Positions 8,791 through 17,041 of a stretch of 64,000 bases of DNA are shown piece by piece. The translations under genes and the position numbers were made by a program. Each line of letters starts with the position of its first letter. The stretch's first letter is position 1. Below the pieces are notes generated by a model. It did no database searches, was not told the DNA's origin, and was given only the letters and a program-made list of their open reading frames with translations. Location: NCBI GenBank assembly GCA_043822385.1, contig JBDRBT010000006.1:23586-87585 (forward strand), given 5' to 3'. This stretch comes from Candidatus Micrarchaeota archaeon. Lineage in GTDB: Archaea; Micrarchaeota; Micrarchaeia; Norongarragalinales; Norongarragalinaceae.

Positions 8791-10236
8791 TTACTTGTTT
8801 TCGTTTTTCACGTGTTCTTGCAAGTGCCGAATGTCGATTTCTGGCGGGTGTTGTTCCCTGGTTTTCTTGAAGTAAATTAATGCTCCCACTAACGCGAGAA
8901 TGATTATTACTACGCCGATTATAGTCGCGTAATCAATTTGGTTTTCCTTCGGCTGTAAAATGAATGCTCTTTCAGCCAAGTCTCCAGCTATTGCTGCCAG
9001 TGTTTCCATGTTTACGCCTTCAGTGCTTCCTGAAGCTAGGAATTCTTCTTGTTTTTGCAGTTCGTTCTTTGCGTCTGCTAGTTCTTGTTGTAAAGCGAGA
9101 ACGCGTTCGTCGTTTGAACCGTATTTTTCTAGTGCTTCGTTAACGTTTTCTTCAGCTTCACTAACTTGTGCTTTAGCGCTAACGTAATCGTCTAGAATTT
9201 GTTCGTATTGAGTTAGTTTAAACCTCATTCCTTCCGACTTGTTGTAGAATTGTTCGGTATTGCTTTGGTTGTTTGAAGCGGTAGCGTTGAGTGAAGAGAA
9301 TTCAGTTTGCAATCCAGGCAAGTTTAATCCTGCGTTAGTATAGTTGCTAATGATGCTTTCGTATTGCCCGATTAATTCTTCTATTACGCTTAGTTGGTTA
9401 GCGTTTATTCTCCTGGTTTTAGCTTTTTCTTTTCTCGTTTCCGTTTGAGTTTTAATGCGATTCAAGATTTCGTCCGGACCAGAATATTTTGATTCGATTA
9501 AGTTTAACGTTGAGTCTATGTTAGTGTTAATGTCTTCAACTTTTTCGCATACTTGTTCTTCTCCGCTAATGTAGAACGCGTAAGGAAAGTTCGGCGATAA
9601 AATGTTTATGTACGCTTCGTATATTGAGGGGTAATCGCTTTTTATTCCGCTTAACCTGGTTTTTAATTCAGATAAAGCATTGAATACGCCTCTGAATTCT
9701 TTCTTTTCTTGAGACTGCAATAATTTTTGGTAAGACGTGTTTGCTCCAATTACTTTTTCTTGAAAGACTGGGCCTTTTTCTTTTAAGGTTAAGTACGCAG
9801 CGTTTTCTTTCGGGAAATCAATTTTTGCTAGTATAATGTATAGTTTGTACGTGTATTGGTTAATCGTCATGGAATAGAATTGGTTAGTTCCTGCGGCGCA
9901 CTCATTTATTTTACTCATCGTGTACAAGAAATTGTCTTTAAAATTACCTAAGTCTTGCGCAAACGAGGGTTCGTCGAAAACGTTTGTTAAATAAACATCT
10001 ATTATTGTTGTTAAACTAGCGTCTTCTTCCACTGGTTTAAAGGTTGAATCAAGTAACGCGACCTCCAAGCCGTTTGCTTTTATTACGTAGTAATTGCTTC
10101 CTTGGTATGAAACGTTAGAGAAAGAAGGAGTTTCTCCTGGTTCAGAGTAAAAACCTGCTTCTTGGTCTATGGTTAAACCAGCAACGAGGGAAGTGAGCAA
10201 AGCTAACAACAAAAATTTATTAACGTATGAATTCAT
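8791..10236 (-). CDS. secreted, membrane-anchored coiled-coil surface protein (hypothetical)
   Basis: N-terminal signal peptide (MNSYVNKFLLLALLTSLVAGL). Long heptad-like E/K/Q-rich stretches. C-terminal TM helix (IIGVVIIILALVGALIYF) followed by a basic tail. Confidence 0.6.
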   Translation of the reverse strand: MNSYVNKFLLLALLTSLVAGLTIDQEAGFYSEPGETPSFSNVSYQGSNYYVIKANGLEVALLDSTFKPVEEDASLTTIIDVYLTNVFDEPSFAQDLGNFKDNFLYTMSKINECAAGTNQFYSMTINQYTYKLYIILAKIDFPKENAAYLTLKEKGPVFQEKVIGANTSYQKLLQSQEKKEFRGVFNALSELKTRLSGIKSDYPSIYEAYINILSPNFPYAFYISGEEQVCEKVEDINTNIDSTLNLIESKYSGPDEILNRIKTQTETRKEKAKTRRINANQLSVIEELIGQYESIISNYTNAGLNLPGLQTEFSSLNATASNNQSNTEQFYNKSEGMRFKLTQYEQILDDYVSAKAQVSEAEENVNEALEKYGSNDERVLALQQELADAKNELQKQEEFLASGSTEGVNMETLAAIAGDLAERAFILQPKENQIDYATIIGVVIIILALVGALIYFKKTREQHPPEIDIRHLQEHVKNENK

Positions 10237-10271
10237 GAATAAATAACGAAACCTTGTTTAAAAAAGGAGTT

Positions 10272-10431
10272 CCCGCTGTAGCTCAACTTGGCAGAGCACC
10301 TGACTGTAGAAAACTCTAAAAAAGTATTTTTGGGTTTGCAGTATTTGCTTCAAAAACTCCGAGTTTTTGTTGAAGAGTGCTTTTTCAAGCGCGAAATCAG
10401 GGTGTTGCCAGTTCAAATCTGGCCAGCGGGA
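10272..10431 (+). tRNA. tRNA-Tyr (anticodon GTA) with an ~86-nt intron after position 37 (intron about 10310..10395)
   Basis: Acceptor CCCGCTG/CAGCGGG with C1:G72, D-arm GCTC-AACTTGGCA-GAGC, anticodon stem CCTGA ... TCAGG interrupted after CTGTAG, T-arm GCCAG-TTCAAAT-CTGGC, discriminator A. Intron boundaries are uncertain by 1-2 nt because of the A-run. Confidence 0.75.
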
Positions 10432-10463
10432 TTTTTTTCCTTTTTTTTGTAAAGTGATCTTTT

Positions 10464-10886
10464 TTGAAATGGGAACGGCCGGGCTGGTTTGCGAAAAAAG
10501 AAAGCGTTTTAGGTTGTAAGGAAGTAAAAACGTGGGTTAAAGGAGATAAAGTCTTTTTTTTAGTTAACAATAGTGTTTTTCACCCGGATTTAGCTCTAGC
10601 TCGATCAAATCATTTTGTGACGACTATTGCGTATTCAAACCTGATTAGCTCTGTTGCTTCAACTAAGCGCTTCGAGCTTCAACGCAAGGAGCTTCGCAAG
10701 CTTATTGCAGAACATGAAGAAACGGCTTTGTCTTTAGTAAGAAAAGGTTTAGTTTTTAATAAAAAGTTTAATGTTGGTTCGAAAATTCTTGGTTTGTTCG
10801 AGAAAGCAGGTGGTTTGACTAACGCGCAAATCGAGTTTTCAGTTCCTTTAAATCACTTGATTCTTAGTTTTCCTAACGAACGATAA
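10464..10886 (+). CDS. hypothetical protein (no ATG; TTG or GTG start)
   Basis: 140-codon open frame in AT-rich DNA between tRNA-Tyr and the homing endonuclease gene. It has no in-frame ATG, so it may be a pseudogene or non-coding. Confidence 0.35.
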   Translation: MKWERPGWFAKKESVLGCKEVKTWVKGDKVFFLVNNSVFHPDLALARSNHFVTTIAYSNLISSVASTKRFELQRKELRKLIAEHEETALSLVRKGLVFNKKFNVGSKILGLFEKAGGLTNAQIEFSVPLNHLILSFPNER

Positions 10887-10935
10887 AAAGAACTTATTTT
10901 ACAATATGCGCTACTATTAATTTGCCTCACCGGAA

Positions 10936-11613
10936 TTGAACCCGCGAAAAACGTTTAAGTGGCTGCTTTTTTTGTTTATTGTGAACGAGCGGGATGTTTA
11001 TTGGTGGTTAGGCGTAACTCACGCTGATGGCTATTTTTATTTTAAGAATAACAAAGTAAGAGAGTTGCGTTTGAGAGTAAGTATTTGTTCGTTATCAATG
11101 CTTAAAAAATGGGGTAAAATTATTGATAAATTAACGGAAAAGAAGCACCGGTTGTTACTTGAAAAAATGTATGATCCACGCAGTGAGCGAAAATTCGACC
11201 AATACTTAGTTCGCGAGGGAAGTCAAGCAAGCCTTTCTTTGCTTAACTCCTTATTTTTGAAAAAGAAAATTAAACTTACTAGTATTGTCGTGCCTGATTG
11301 TTGTTATCATTCAAATGTTAGGAGCGGAGCTTATTTGGCTGGAATAATAGATGGGGACGGGTGTATTCAATTAAGAAAACACTATGTAGACGGTCATTTA
11401 GAGCGGTTATTGAAAATAACAACTAATAATAAAAAACACTTGGAACAAATACAATCCCTTTTGAGGAGTGTGGGTCTTTCTTCAGGGTATATTACAGATT
11501 ATGTGCGACACTTTGATTTATGGGTTTACTTGAATAAGAAAAGTATTGGTTGGTTCAAAAAATACGTAGTTCAAAACTTAGCGATAAAAAGAAAAGCCTT
11601 TAGGTTCAAATAA
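10936..11613 (+). CDS. free-standing LAGLIDADG homing endonuclease (double-motif, monomeric type)
   Basis: Two LAGLIDADG motifs are present: WWLGVTHADGYFYF (degenerate first motif) and YLAGIIDGDGCIQL (canonical second motif). The two motifs are the usual distance apart for a monomeric enzyme, and the 225-aa size is typical. Confidence 0.8.
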   Translation: MNPRKTFKWLLFLFIVNERDVYWWLGVTHADGYFYFKNNKVRELRLRVSICSLSMLKKWGKIIDKLTEKKHRLLLEKMYDPRSERKFDQYLVREGSQASLSLLNSLFLKKKIKLTSIVVPDCCYHSNVRSGAYLAGIIDGDGCIQLRKHYVDGHLERLLKITTNNKKHLEQIQSLLRSVGLSSGYITDYVRHFDLWVYLNKKSIGWFKKYVVQNLAIKRKAFRFK

Positions 11614-11631
11614 TGGATACAGCGCCTTGGT

Positions 11632-11736
11632 GCCTTGGTAGAAGTTATTACCTCTAAAGGAAATAACTGCCGAATGTAGTGGTTAGCACACGAGCTTGTC
11701 GAGCTTGTATCCCGGGTCCGAATCCCGGCCAAGGCG
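11632..11736 (+). tRNA. tRNA-Asp (anticodon GTC) candidate with a ~33-nt intron at a non-canonical position (about 11642..11674, between nt 10 and 11)
   Basis: 3' two-thirds fold cleanly: D-arm GTGT-AGTGGTTA-GCAC (after splicing), anticodon arm CGAGC-TTGTCGA-GCTTG, 4-nt variable loop, T-arm CCGGG-TCCGAAT-CCCGG, acceptor 3' CCAAGGC plus discriminator G. The only 5' acceptor complement (GCCTTGG, followed by U8 A9 G10) lies ~40 nt upstream, implying an intervening sequence. An extra copy of GCCTTGGT lies immediately 5' (11624..11631). Confidence 0.5.
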
Positions 11737-11782
11737 CTCTCTTTTTTTAACTTTTTTCCCCCTAAATTCATTAGTTGATTGA

Positions 11783-12160
11783 ATGACTGAATCTTCTTGC
11801 CCTAAAAGAGTTAATGGTTTTGAGCCGCACGTAACTCGTTTTTTGAATTTTGTTAAGAAAGCTAAACCCGCCGACTTTGTTAACGGTGGAGAAAAATTCA
11901 AGGGTTCTTTTTATTCTTTAAAAAAAGATTTTTCTTTACATCCAGAAAAAACAAAGGAAAAAACGTTAAAAGTAGTTGAGGATTTGGCTTCAGAAGTTTT
12001 AATGAGAGCCCTTGATTTTGATAGGTCTTTATCCGTTTCTAGCGAGTTGACTAACCGTACTGAAGACGAGTTTGAAGCGTTTGTGCGTAGTGTTTTTATT
12101 AATTGGAGTAACACTCAATCATTTAGGCGAGAGTTAAGAAAGAAATTTGAATTGCATTAA
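11783..12160 (+). CDS. hypothetical protein
   Basis: 125-aa ORF with no recognisable motif. Confidence 0.4.
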   Translation: MTESSCPKRVNGFEPHVTRFLNFVKKAKPADFVNGGEKFKGSFYSLKKDFSLHPEKTKEKTLKVVEDLASEVLMRALDFDRSLSVSSELTNRTEDEFEAFVRSVFINWSNTQSFRRELRKKFELH

Positions 12161-12220
12161 ACAGAAACTTATTAAAGTGCTTTTTTCACTATATGTTTTC
12201 GTTTTAGAGGTTTTATTTAA

Positions 12221-12451
12221 ATGGTTAAAAGCAAGAAAGCAAAAGTATTCAAGAGCGAGTTAAGCGGCAAGGAAGCAGCTAAACTGTTTTTCGATAATTA
12301 CTTAGGCAAGTGGATTACTCGCAACGAAGTAAAAAGCGAGCGAGTAGTCAAGAAAAAGCACCGACTTATTTCCAAGAAAGCTTGGAGTAACTTGAAATTG
12401 CGTAAAATGTTTTTGAATAATTCTATTGCGGTTTTGTTCAAAGGCGATTAA
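12221..12451 (+). CDS. hypothetical small basic protein
   Basis: 76-aa Lys-rich ORF with a nucleic-acid-binding-like composition and no family assignment. Confidence 0.35.
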   Translation: MVKSKKAKVFKSELSGKEAAKLFFDNYLGKWITRNEVKSERVVKKKHRLISKKAWSNLKLRKMFLNNSIAVLFKGD

Positions 12452-12453
12452 GC

Positions 12454-13194
12454 TTACTCGGCAACTAATTTACTTAGGCCTACTATCACTAGTATTCCTA
12501 GTATTATCATTAAGAGTTGCTTAGCTGATTTTATCGAGTTTTCTTCCTTGTGTAATTCTGGTACTAAGTCAGCTGTAGCAATGTAAACAAAAGTTCCCGC
12601 AGTAAACGCTAGTCCTAAAGGCACTAGCCCGCTTACGTATTCAGCTGCGTAATAAAAACTTATTCCGCCTAAAACCGCGGTTAAAGCGCTCAAGAAATTA
12701 AAGGCTAAAGCTTTCTTTTTACTTAAGCCAGCATAAATAAGCAGGAAGTAATCTCCTATTTCTTGAGGTATTTCGTGAAAAATTACTGCGGCAGTTGTAG
12801 CAATGCCTATTGGTATTCCAGCTAGGAATGCGGCGGCTATTGCTACCCCGTCAAAAAAATTGTGAAACGCGTCGCCAATTAAGTTTAAGTATAACAAGGG
12901 TTTTTCTCGTTTAGAGTGTTTAGTTGAGTGGTGGTGGTGCCATAAAACTATTTTTTCTATAGCGAAAGAAAACAAGATGCCTATTAAGAAGCAAGTTACT
13001 GCGGTTTCAATGCTTATTTCCTCCATTGATTCTGGAAGCAAGTGCAGTATTGAAGCTGCTAAGAGAGTGCCGGTAGCAAAACTTATTACTAAGAATAACG
13101 AGTTTTGAGTTATTTTTTTAGAGAAAAACAAGATTCCTATTACTGAAATCAAGCTAACGATTACTGTCGCGGCAATAATGAGTTCTAGAACCAT
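12454..13194 (-). CDS. zupT: ZIP family metal (zinc) transporter
   Basis: His-rich loop (WHHHHSTKHSKREKP). Conserved ZIP motifs LIGDAFHNFFDGVAIAAAF and HEIPQEIGDYFLL. About 8 TM helices. Confidence 0.85.
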   Translation of the reverse strand: MVLELIIAATVIVSLISVIGILFFSKKITQNSLFLVISFATGTLLAASILHLLPESMEEISIETAVTCFLIGILFSFAIEKIVLWHHHHSTKHSKREKPLLYLNLIGDAFHNFFDGVAIAAAFLAGIPIGIATTAAVIFHEIPQEIGDYFLLIYAGLSKKKALAFNFLSALTAVLGGISFYYAAEYVSGLVPLGLAFTAGTFVYIATADLVPELHKEENSIKSAKQLLMIILGILVIVGLSKLVAE

Positions 13195-13232
13195 AAGTAA
13201 ATCCTAATATTTCGCGAAGTATTTATTGTTTT

Positions 13233-13877
13233 GTGAATTCAAACGAAGAATTAATCCAGCACTTGAAGAAAACCGGTGCATTGAAGAGCCCTGCTTTAGA
13301 AAAAGCTCTTTTTGAAGTTGATAGGGCTATTTTTGTTCCAAAAGAACTGCAACACAGGGCTTACGCTGACAATCCGCTTCACGTAATGAAGGGGCAGACT
13401 ATTTCCCAGCCTTTTGTTATCGTTCATGCTCTAGAGGCTCTTGATTTAACTGAGGGGCACAAGGTTTTAGAGATAGGAACTTGTTCGGGTTACCAGACTG
13501 CATTAATTGCTAAGTTAGTTGGTAAGAACGGAAAGGTGGTCTCAATAGAATTAATTCCTGAATTAGTTGCTTACGCTAAAAAAAGACTTTTTAACCACAA
13601 GAATGTCGAAATTATTCATGCTGACGCCAGTAAAGAAGATTTTTTGCCAACTAAAAAATTAGTTTCATTGCTTGAGCATTTTGATAGGTTGATTATTAAT
13701 GCTCAGACTCTTAATTTTCCAATTCATTTGCTTGTTTTATTGAAGGATGAAGGAAAAATAGTTTTGCCTTATGGCAGTGTTGAACACCAGAACTTGTTGC
13801 TTGTCGACAGCAGGTTAAAAACTAAGAAAGTAATTATTCCCGTGCAATTCGTTCCGTTAAAGGGTGCTCATGAATGA
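13233..13877 (+). CDS. pcm: protein-L-isoaspartate O-methyltransferase
   Basis: TISQPFVIVHALEAL plus the SAM-binding motif VLEIGTCSGYQTALIAKLVG. Length is 214 aa. Confidence 0.85.
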   Translation: MNSNEELIQHLKKTGALKSPALEKALFEVDRAIFVPKELQHRAYADNPLHVMKGQTISQPFVIVHALEALDLTEGHKVLEIGTCSGYQTALIAKLVGKNGKVVSIELIPELVAYAKKRLFNHKNVEIIHADASKEDFLPTKKLVSLLEHFDRLIINAQTLNFPIHLLVLLKDEGKIVLPYGSVEHQNLLLVDSRLKTKKVIIPVQFVPLKGAHE

Positions 13878-14596
13878 GGATTGTTTCTTTATCGCCTAGC
13901 AATACCGAGATTTTGTGTGCTTTAGGCTGTGAAAAAGAATTAGTTGGCGTAACTAGTTTGTGTGATTACCCGCGTGAATTGAGTGTTTCTAGGGTTAGTA
14001 GTTGGGTTGACCCTGACTTGCGGGAAGTAACTCGATTAAAACCTGACTTGGTTTTTACTAGTGGTTTTACTCAACAATCGCTTGCTGATTCCTTGAGGAA
14101 AAAAGGCTTGAGTGTTTTTCACGTTGACCCGCATTCTTTGAAAGACGTGTTGAGTTCATTCAAAGAAATTGGCGAAGTTGTTGGAAAAAGAAAAGAAGCT
14201 AATTCTTTAGTAAAGGAATTCAAGAAAAAAAGCGTTAGTAAGAAACTCGGCAAGCGCGTTTTGTGTTTGCAGTGGTTGAATCCCTTCATGGCGTCTGGTT
14301 ATTGGGTTCCGGACTTGCTTAAGAAAGCTGGTTGCAAGTCTTTATTGAAGAGTGGTGAAGATAGTCGTGTTTTTTCTCCTGAAGAATTGAAAAAATTTAA
14401 TCCTGAAGCTATTATAGTTAGTGTTTGCGGTGCTGGAGCAGCTGTTTCTGCGCAAAGCATTTTAGATAACGAGTTCTTCAAGAATACTGACGCAGTGAAG
14501 AAAAACAAGGTTTTTGTTATTGATGATGTTTTATTAAACCGGCCTGGTCCTAGATTAATAGAGTCAATTATTGAATTAGATCGCGCTTTAAAGTGA
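13874..14596 (+). CDS. BtuF/TroA-like cobalamin or siderophore binding protein (class III periplasmic-binding-protein fold) without a signal peptide
   Basis: The N-terminus begins directly with the BtuF-type motif RIVSLSPSNTEILCALG. The ~240-aa size matches that domain. No hydrophobic leader is present and no permease or ATPase gene is adjacent. Confidence 0.6.
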   Translation: MRIVSLSPSNTEILCALGCEKELVGVTSLCDYPRELSVSRVSSWVDPDLREVTRLKPDLVFTSGFTQQSLADSLRKKGLSVFHVDPHSLKDVLSSFKEIGEVVGKRKEANSLVKEFKKKSVSKKLGKRVLCLQWLNPFMASGYWVPDLLKKAGCKSLLKSGEDSRVFSPEELKKFNPEAIIVSVCGAGAAVSAQSILDNEFFKNTDAVKKNKVFVIDDVLLNRPGPRLIESIIELDRALK

Positions 14597-14628
14597 AGTG
14601 ATTTTTTTTGAGACAAACTTTCGAAGCA

Positions 14629-15168
14629 ATGAAGAACGCTTATTTAGCAGTTACTGAATTGTCTAATGCCGAGAAACGTCGTTTGTCTAAACTCGCTCAA
14701 GAATCCGAAGTTTATAGGAAGTTGAGGAAGAATATTGAACGAAAGTTTGGTTATCGTTCTAATTTAAGAGGAGGCAAGATTCCGCTTAATGTTGTTAACG
14801 CTTTTTTAGGTGATAAAACCGCGCGTGCTCTGCAAAAACATAATTTGGAACTTCATTATGATGGCGATCGTCAAGGGGTAAAACGTTTTAGCGTTCAGTA
14901 CTCGAATAAAGAAGTTCCCTGGTTTTTTTTGAACAGTAAGGGTTTAGTTATTCGTGTTGATACTAATTTACCTTCTGTTGGTTTTTACAAAACGCTATTT
15001 GGTAAAGAACCGATTCATCCTATTGACTTGTCTTTTGCTTCGCCTGAATTGTTTAAACATTTTCCAGAAGAAAAGTTAGATGAAAACTTAGTTAAAACTG
15101 GTTATCACGGATTGTTTGACGACCCGAAGTTTATTGCTGCGTTAAGAAACGTTAGCTTGAAGACGTGA
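14629..15168 (+). CDS. hypothetical protein
   Basis: ORF immediately upstream of rpoH. ATG chosen at MKNAYLAV (the listed ORF begins with TTG at 14608). No recognisable motif. Confidence 0.45.
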   Translation: MKNAYLAVTELSNAEKRRLSKLAQESEVYRKLRKNIERKFGYRSNLRGGKIPLNVVNAFLGDKTARALQKHNLELHYDGDRQGVKRFSVQYSNKEVPWFFLNSKGLVIRVDTNLPSVGFYKTLFGKEPIHPIDLSFASPELFKHFPEEKLDENLVKTGYHGLFDDPKFIAALRNVSLKT

Positions 15169-15284
15169 TTTTTCGTTATAAGAACGTTTTTAAATGTTTT
15201 TTTCCATTATAGTAAGAGTGTCTGGGTGCTCACTCTATAGTTTATTTTAGTTTTTCTAGGGTGCTCCATCTTTTTGGTGTTTGA

Positions 15285-15521
15285 TTGGATTCTTTAGCAA
15301 GTCATTTTTTAGTTCCGAAGGCAGTAAAGCTTTCGGAAGACGAAGTTTCAGAGTTACTTTCAAAGCTAAAATGTACTGTTGATAAATTACCTAAAGTAAA
15401 GAGTGATGATGCTTCAGTAAAAGGCTTGCAGGTAGTAGAGGGCGATGTAGTAAAATACGTTCGCAAGAGTCCAATTATTAGTGGGGATTCATTTTATTAT
15501 CGGATAGTTATTTCCGAATAA
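15285..15521 (+). CDS. rpoH: DNA-directed RNA polymerase subunit H (Rpb5 homolog)
   Basis: SHFLVPKAVKLSEDEVSELLSKLK...LPKVKSDDASVK...GDVVKYVRKSPIISGDSFYYRIV matches the RpoH pattern (HELVPKH..L...E...LL..Y.I...QLP.I...DP.A..IGAK.GDVV.I.R.S.TAG....YR.VV). It lies directly upstream of rpoB. The start is apparently TTG. Confidence 0.8.
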   Translation: MDSLASHFLVPKAVKLSEDEVSELLSKLKCTVDKLPKVKSDDASVKGLQVVEGDVVKYVRKSPIISGDSFYYRIVISE

Positions 15522-15558
15522 TTTTTTTTGTTTTAGTTTTTGGGGGGATTACATCGTT

Positions 15559-17028
15559 ATGTCTCAGTTCGCTGAAGTTACTAAAGCTTATTTGCGCGAT
15601 AACAGTGTAGTAAAACAACACTTGGAAGGCTACGACAAGTTTGTTAGGGGCGAAATGCAAGCTATTGTTGACGCTCAAGCTACTATTGAACCTCAAATAG
15701 AGGGTTATACGATCAAGCTCGGTAAGATTCGAGCTGAAAAACCAATGATTACTGAAGCCGATGGTTCTAGACGAAAATTACTTCCTTCTGAAGCTCGTTT
15801 CAGAGATTTGTCTTATACTTCCCCGTTGTTTTTGGAAATGACTCAAGTAGTCAACGGAGTTGAGCGAAGAACTGAAGATGTTTTTATTGGTGAATTGCCG
15901 GTAATGTTGAAGTCTTCTCTTTGTTATTTGTATGAATTGAGTTATTCTGAATTAGCGGATGCTGGCGAGGATGGAATGGATTCGGGTGGTTATTTCGTTA
16001 TTAATGGCACTGAAAAAACCTTAATGACTTTAGAAGATTTAGCTCCTAACCGTATTCTTGTTTCTCGAGATAAGGATAAGGAATTAGTTCAAGCAAAAGT
16101 TTTTTCCACTCGCTCTGGTTTCAGGGGAAGATGCACTGTAGATCGCGATAAGATTGGTCGTTTGAGTGTTACTTTACCTTCTTACAGCAAGAATTTAGAG
16201 TTAATTCTGGTTTTAAGAGCACTTGGTTTAGTTGATAGAGAAAGAATATTGAAAGTTTTCTCTGAGAATCAAGAGATTGTTAATGACTTACTGCTTAATT
16301 TAGAGTTAGAGGAATCAAAAACTAAGCGCGATGCTTTGGAAATAATAGGCAAGAGAGCTGCGCCTGGACAACCGGTTGACTACCAAATTAAGAGAGCTGA
16401 ATTGCTTTTAGATCGTTACTTGCTTCCTCATATTGGTATTGACGAGAGTGTTCGTTTAGCTAAGGCTTATTATTTGTGTAGAATGGCTGAACGGTGTATA
16501 CTTGTTTCTTACGGTAAGAGAGCTGTTGAAGACAAGGATCATTATTCTAACAAGCGTTTGAAGATTTCCGGCAAGTTAATGGAGGAAGTTTTTCGTTACG
16601 CTTTCCAGTTCCTTGTGAAAGACGTGGCTTACCAAATGGAGAGGGCTAACGTGCGTGGTCGTAGAATGAGTATGTTTTCTATTGTTAGGCCTGATGCTTT
16701 GAGTGATAGAATAAAGTATTCAATGGCTACTGGAAATTGGGTTGGCGGGCACACAGGTGTTTCACAGCCTTTAGATCGTTATAATTTTATTTCTGCAGCT
16801 AGTTTCTTGAAGCGTGTTACTTCGCCTCTAGCTAAAAAGCATCCTCATTATAAAGCAAGGGATTTGCATGGTACTCATTGGGGTAGGCTTGATCCTAACG
16901 AGACGCCTGAAGGCCCGAATTGTGGTTTAGTTAAGAACTTGTCTTTGTATTGTGAAGTTACTACCGGCATTCATGAAAAGGGTGTCGAATCTATTTTGAA
17001 AAGAATGGGAGTTTCATTGAAGTTATAA
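15559..17028 (+). CDS. rpoB2: DNA-directed RNA polymerase subunit B'' (N-terminal half of split RpoB)
   Basis: Rpb2 N-terminal protrusion and lobe motifs are present, and the C-terminus reads GLVKNLSL. A 489-aa split B subunit is typical of many archaea. Confidence 0.95.
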   Translation: MSQFAEVTKAYLRDNSVVKQHLEGYDKFVRGEMQAIVDAQATIEPQIEGYTIKLGKIRAEKPMITEADGSRRKLLPSEARFRDLSYTSPLFLEMTQVVNGVERRTEDVFIGELPVMLKSSLCYLYELSYSELADAGEDGMDSGGYFVINGTEKTLMTLEDLAPNRILVSRDKDKELVQAKVFSTRSGFRGRCTVDRDKIGRLSVTLPSYSKNLELILVLRALGLVDRERILKVFSENQEIVNDLLLNLELEESKTKRDALEIIGKRAAPGQPVDYQIKRAELLLDRYLLPHIGIDESVRLAKAYYLCRMAERCILVSYGKRAVEDKDHYSNKRLKISGKLMEEVFRYAFQFLVKDVAYQMERANVRGRRMSMFSIVRPDALSDRIKYSMATGNWVGGHTGVSQPLDRYNFISAASFLKRVTSPLAKKHPHYKARDLHGTHWGRLDPNETPEGPNCGLVKNLSLYCEVTTGIHEKGVESILKRMGVSLKL

Positions 17029-17041
17029 GGAGTGTTGTTTA

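Noticed and set aside
11624-11639. Tandem GCCTTGGT GCCTTGGT considered as a CRISPR or target-site duplication
   Set aside because: Only two 8-nt copies, directly adjacent with no spacer, so it is not a CRISPR array. They are better explained as a duplicated tRNA 5' end (see the tRNA-Asp finding). No other repeat-spacer structure exists in the window.
15203-15226. Hairpin AGAGTG-N10-CACTCT upstream of rpoH considered as a small RNA
   Set aside because: It is a short isolated stem with no flanking conserved structure, more likely a terminator or processing element of the upstream gene. It is mentioned here only for completeness.
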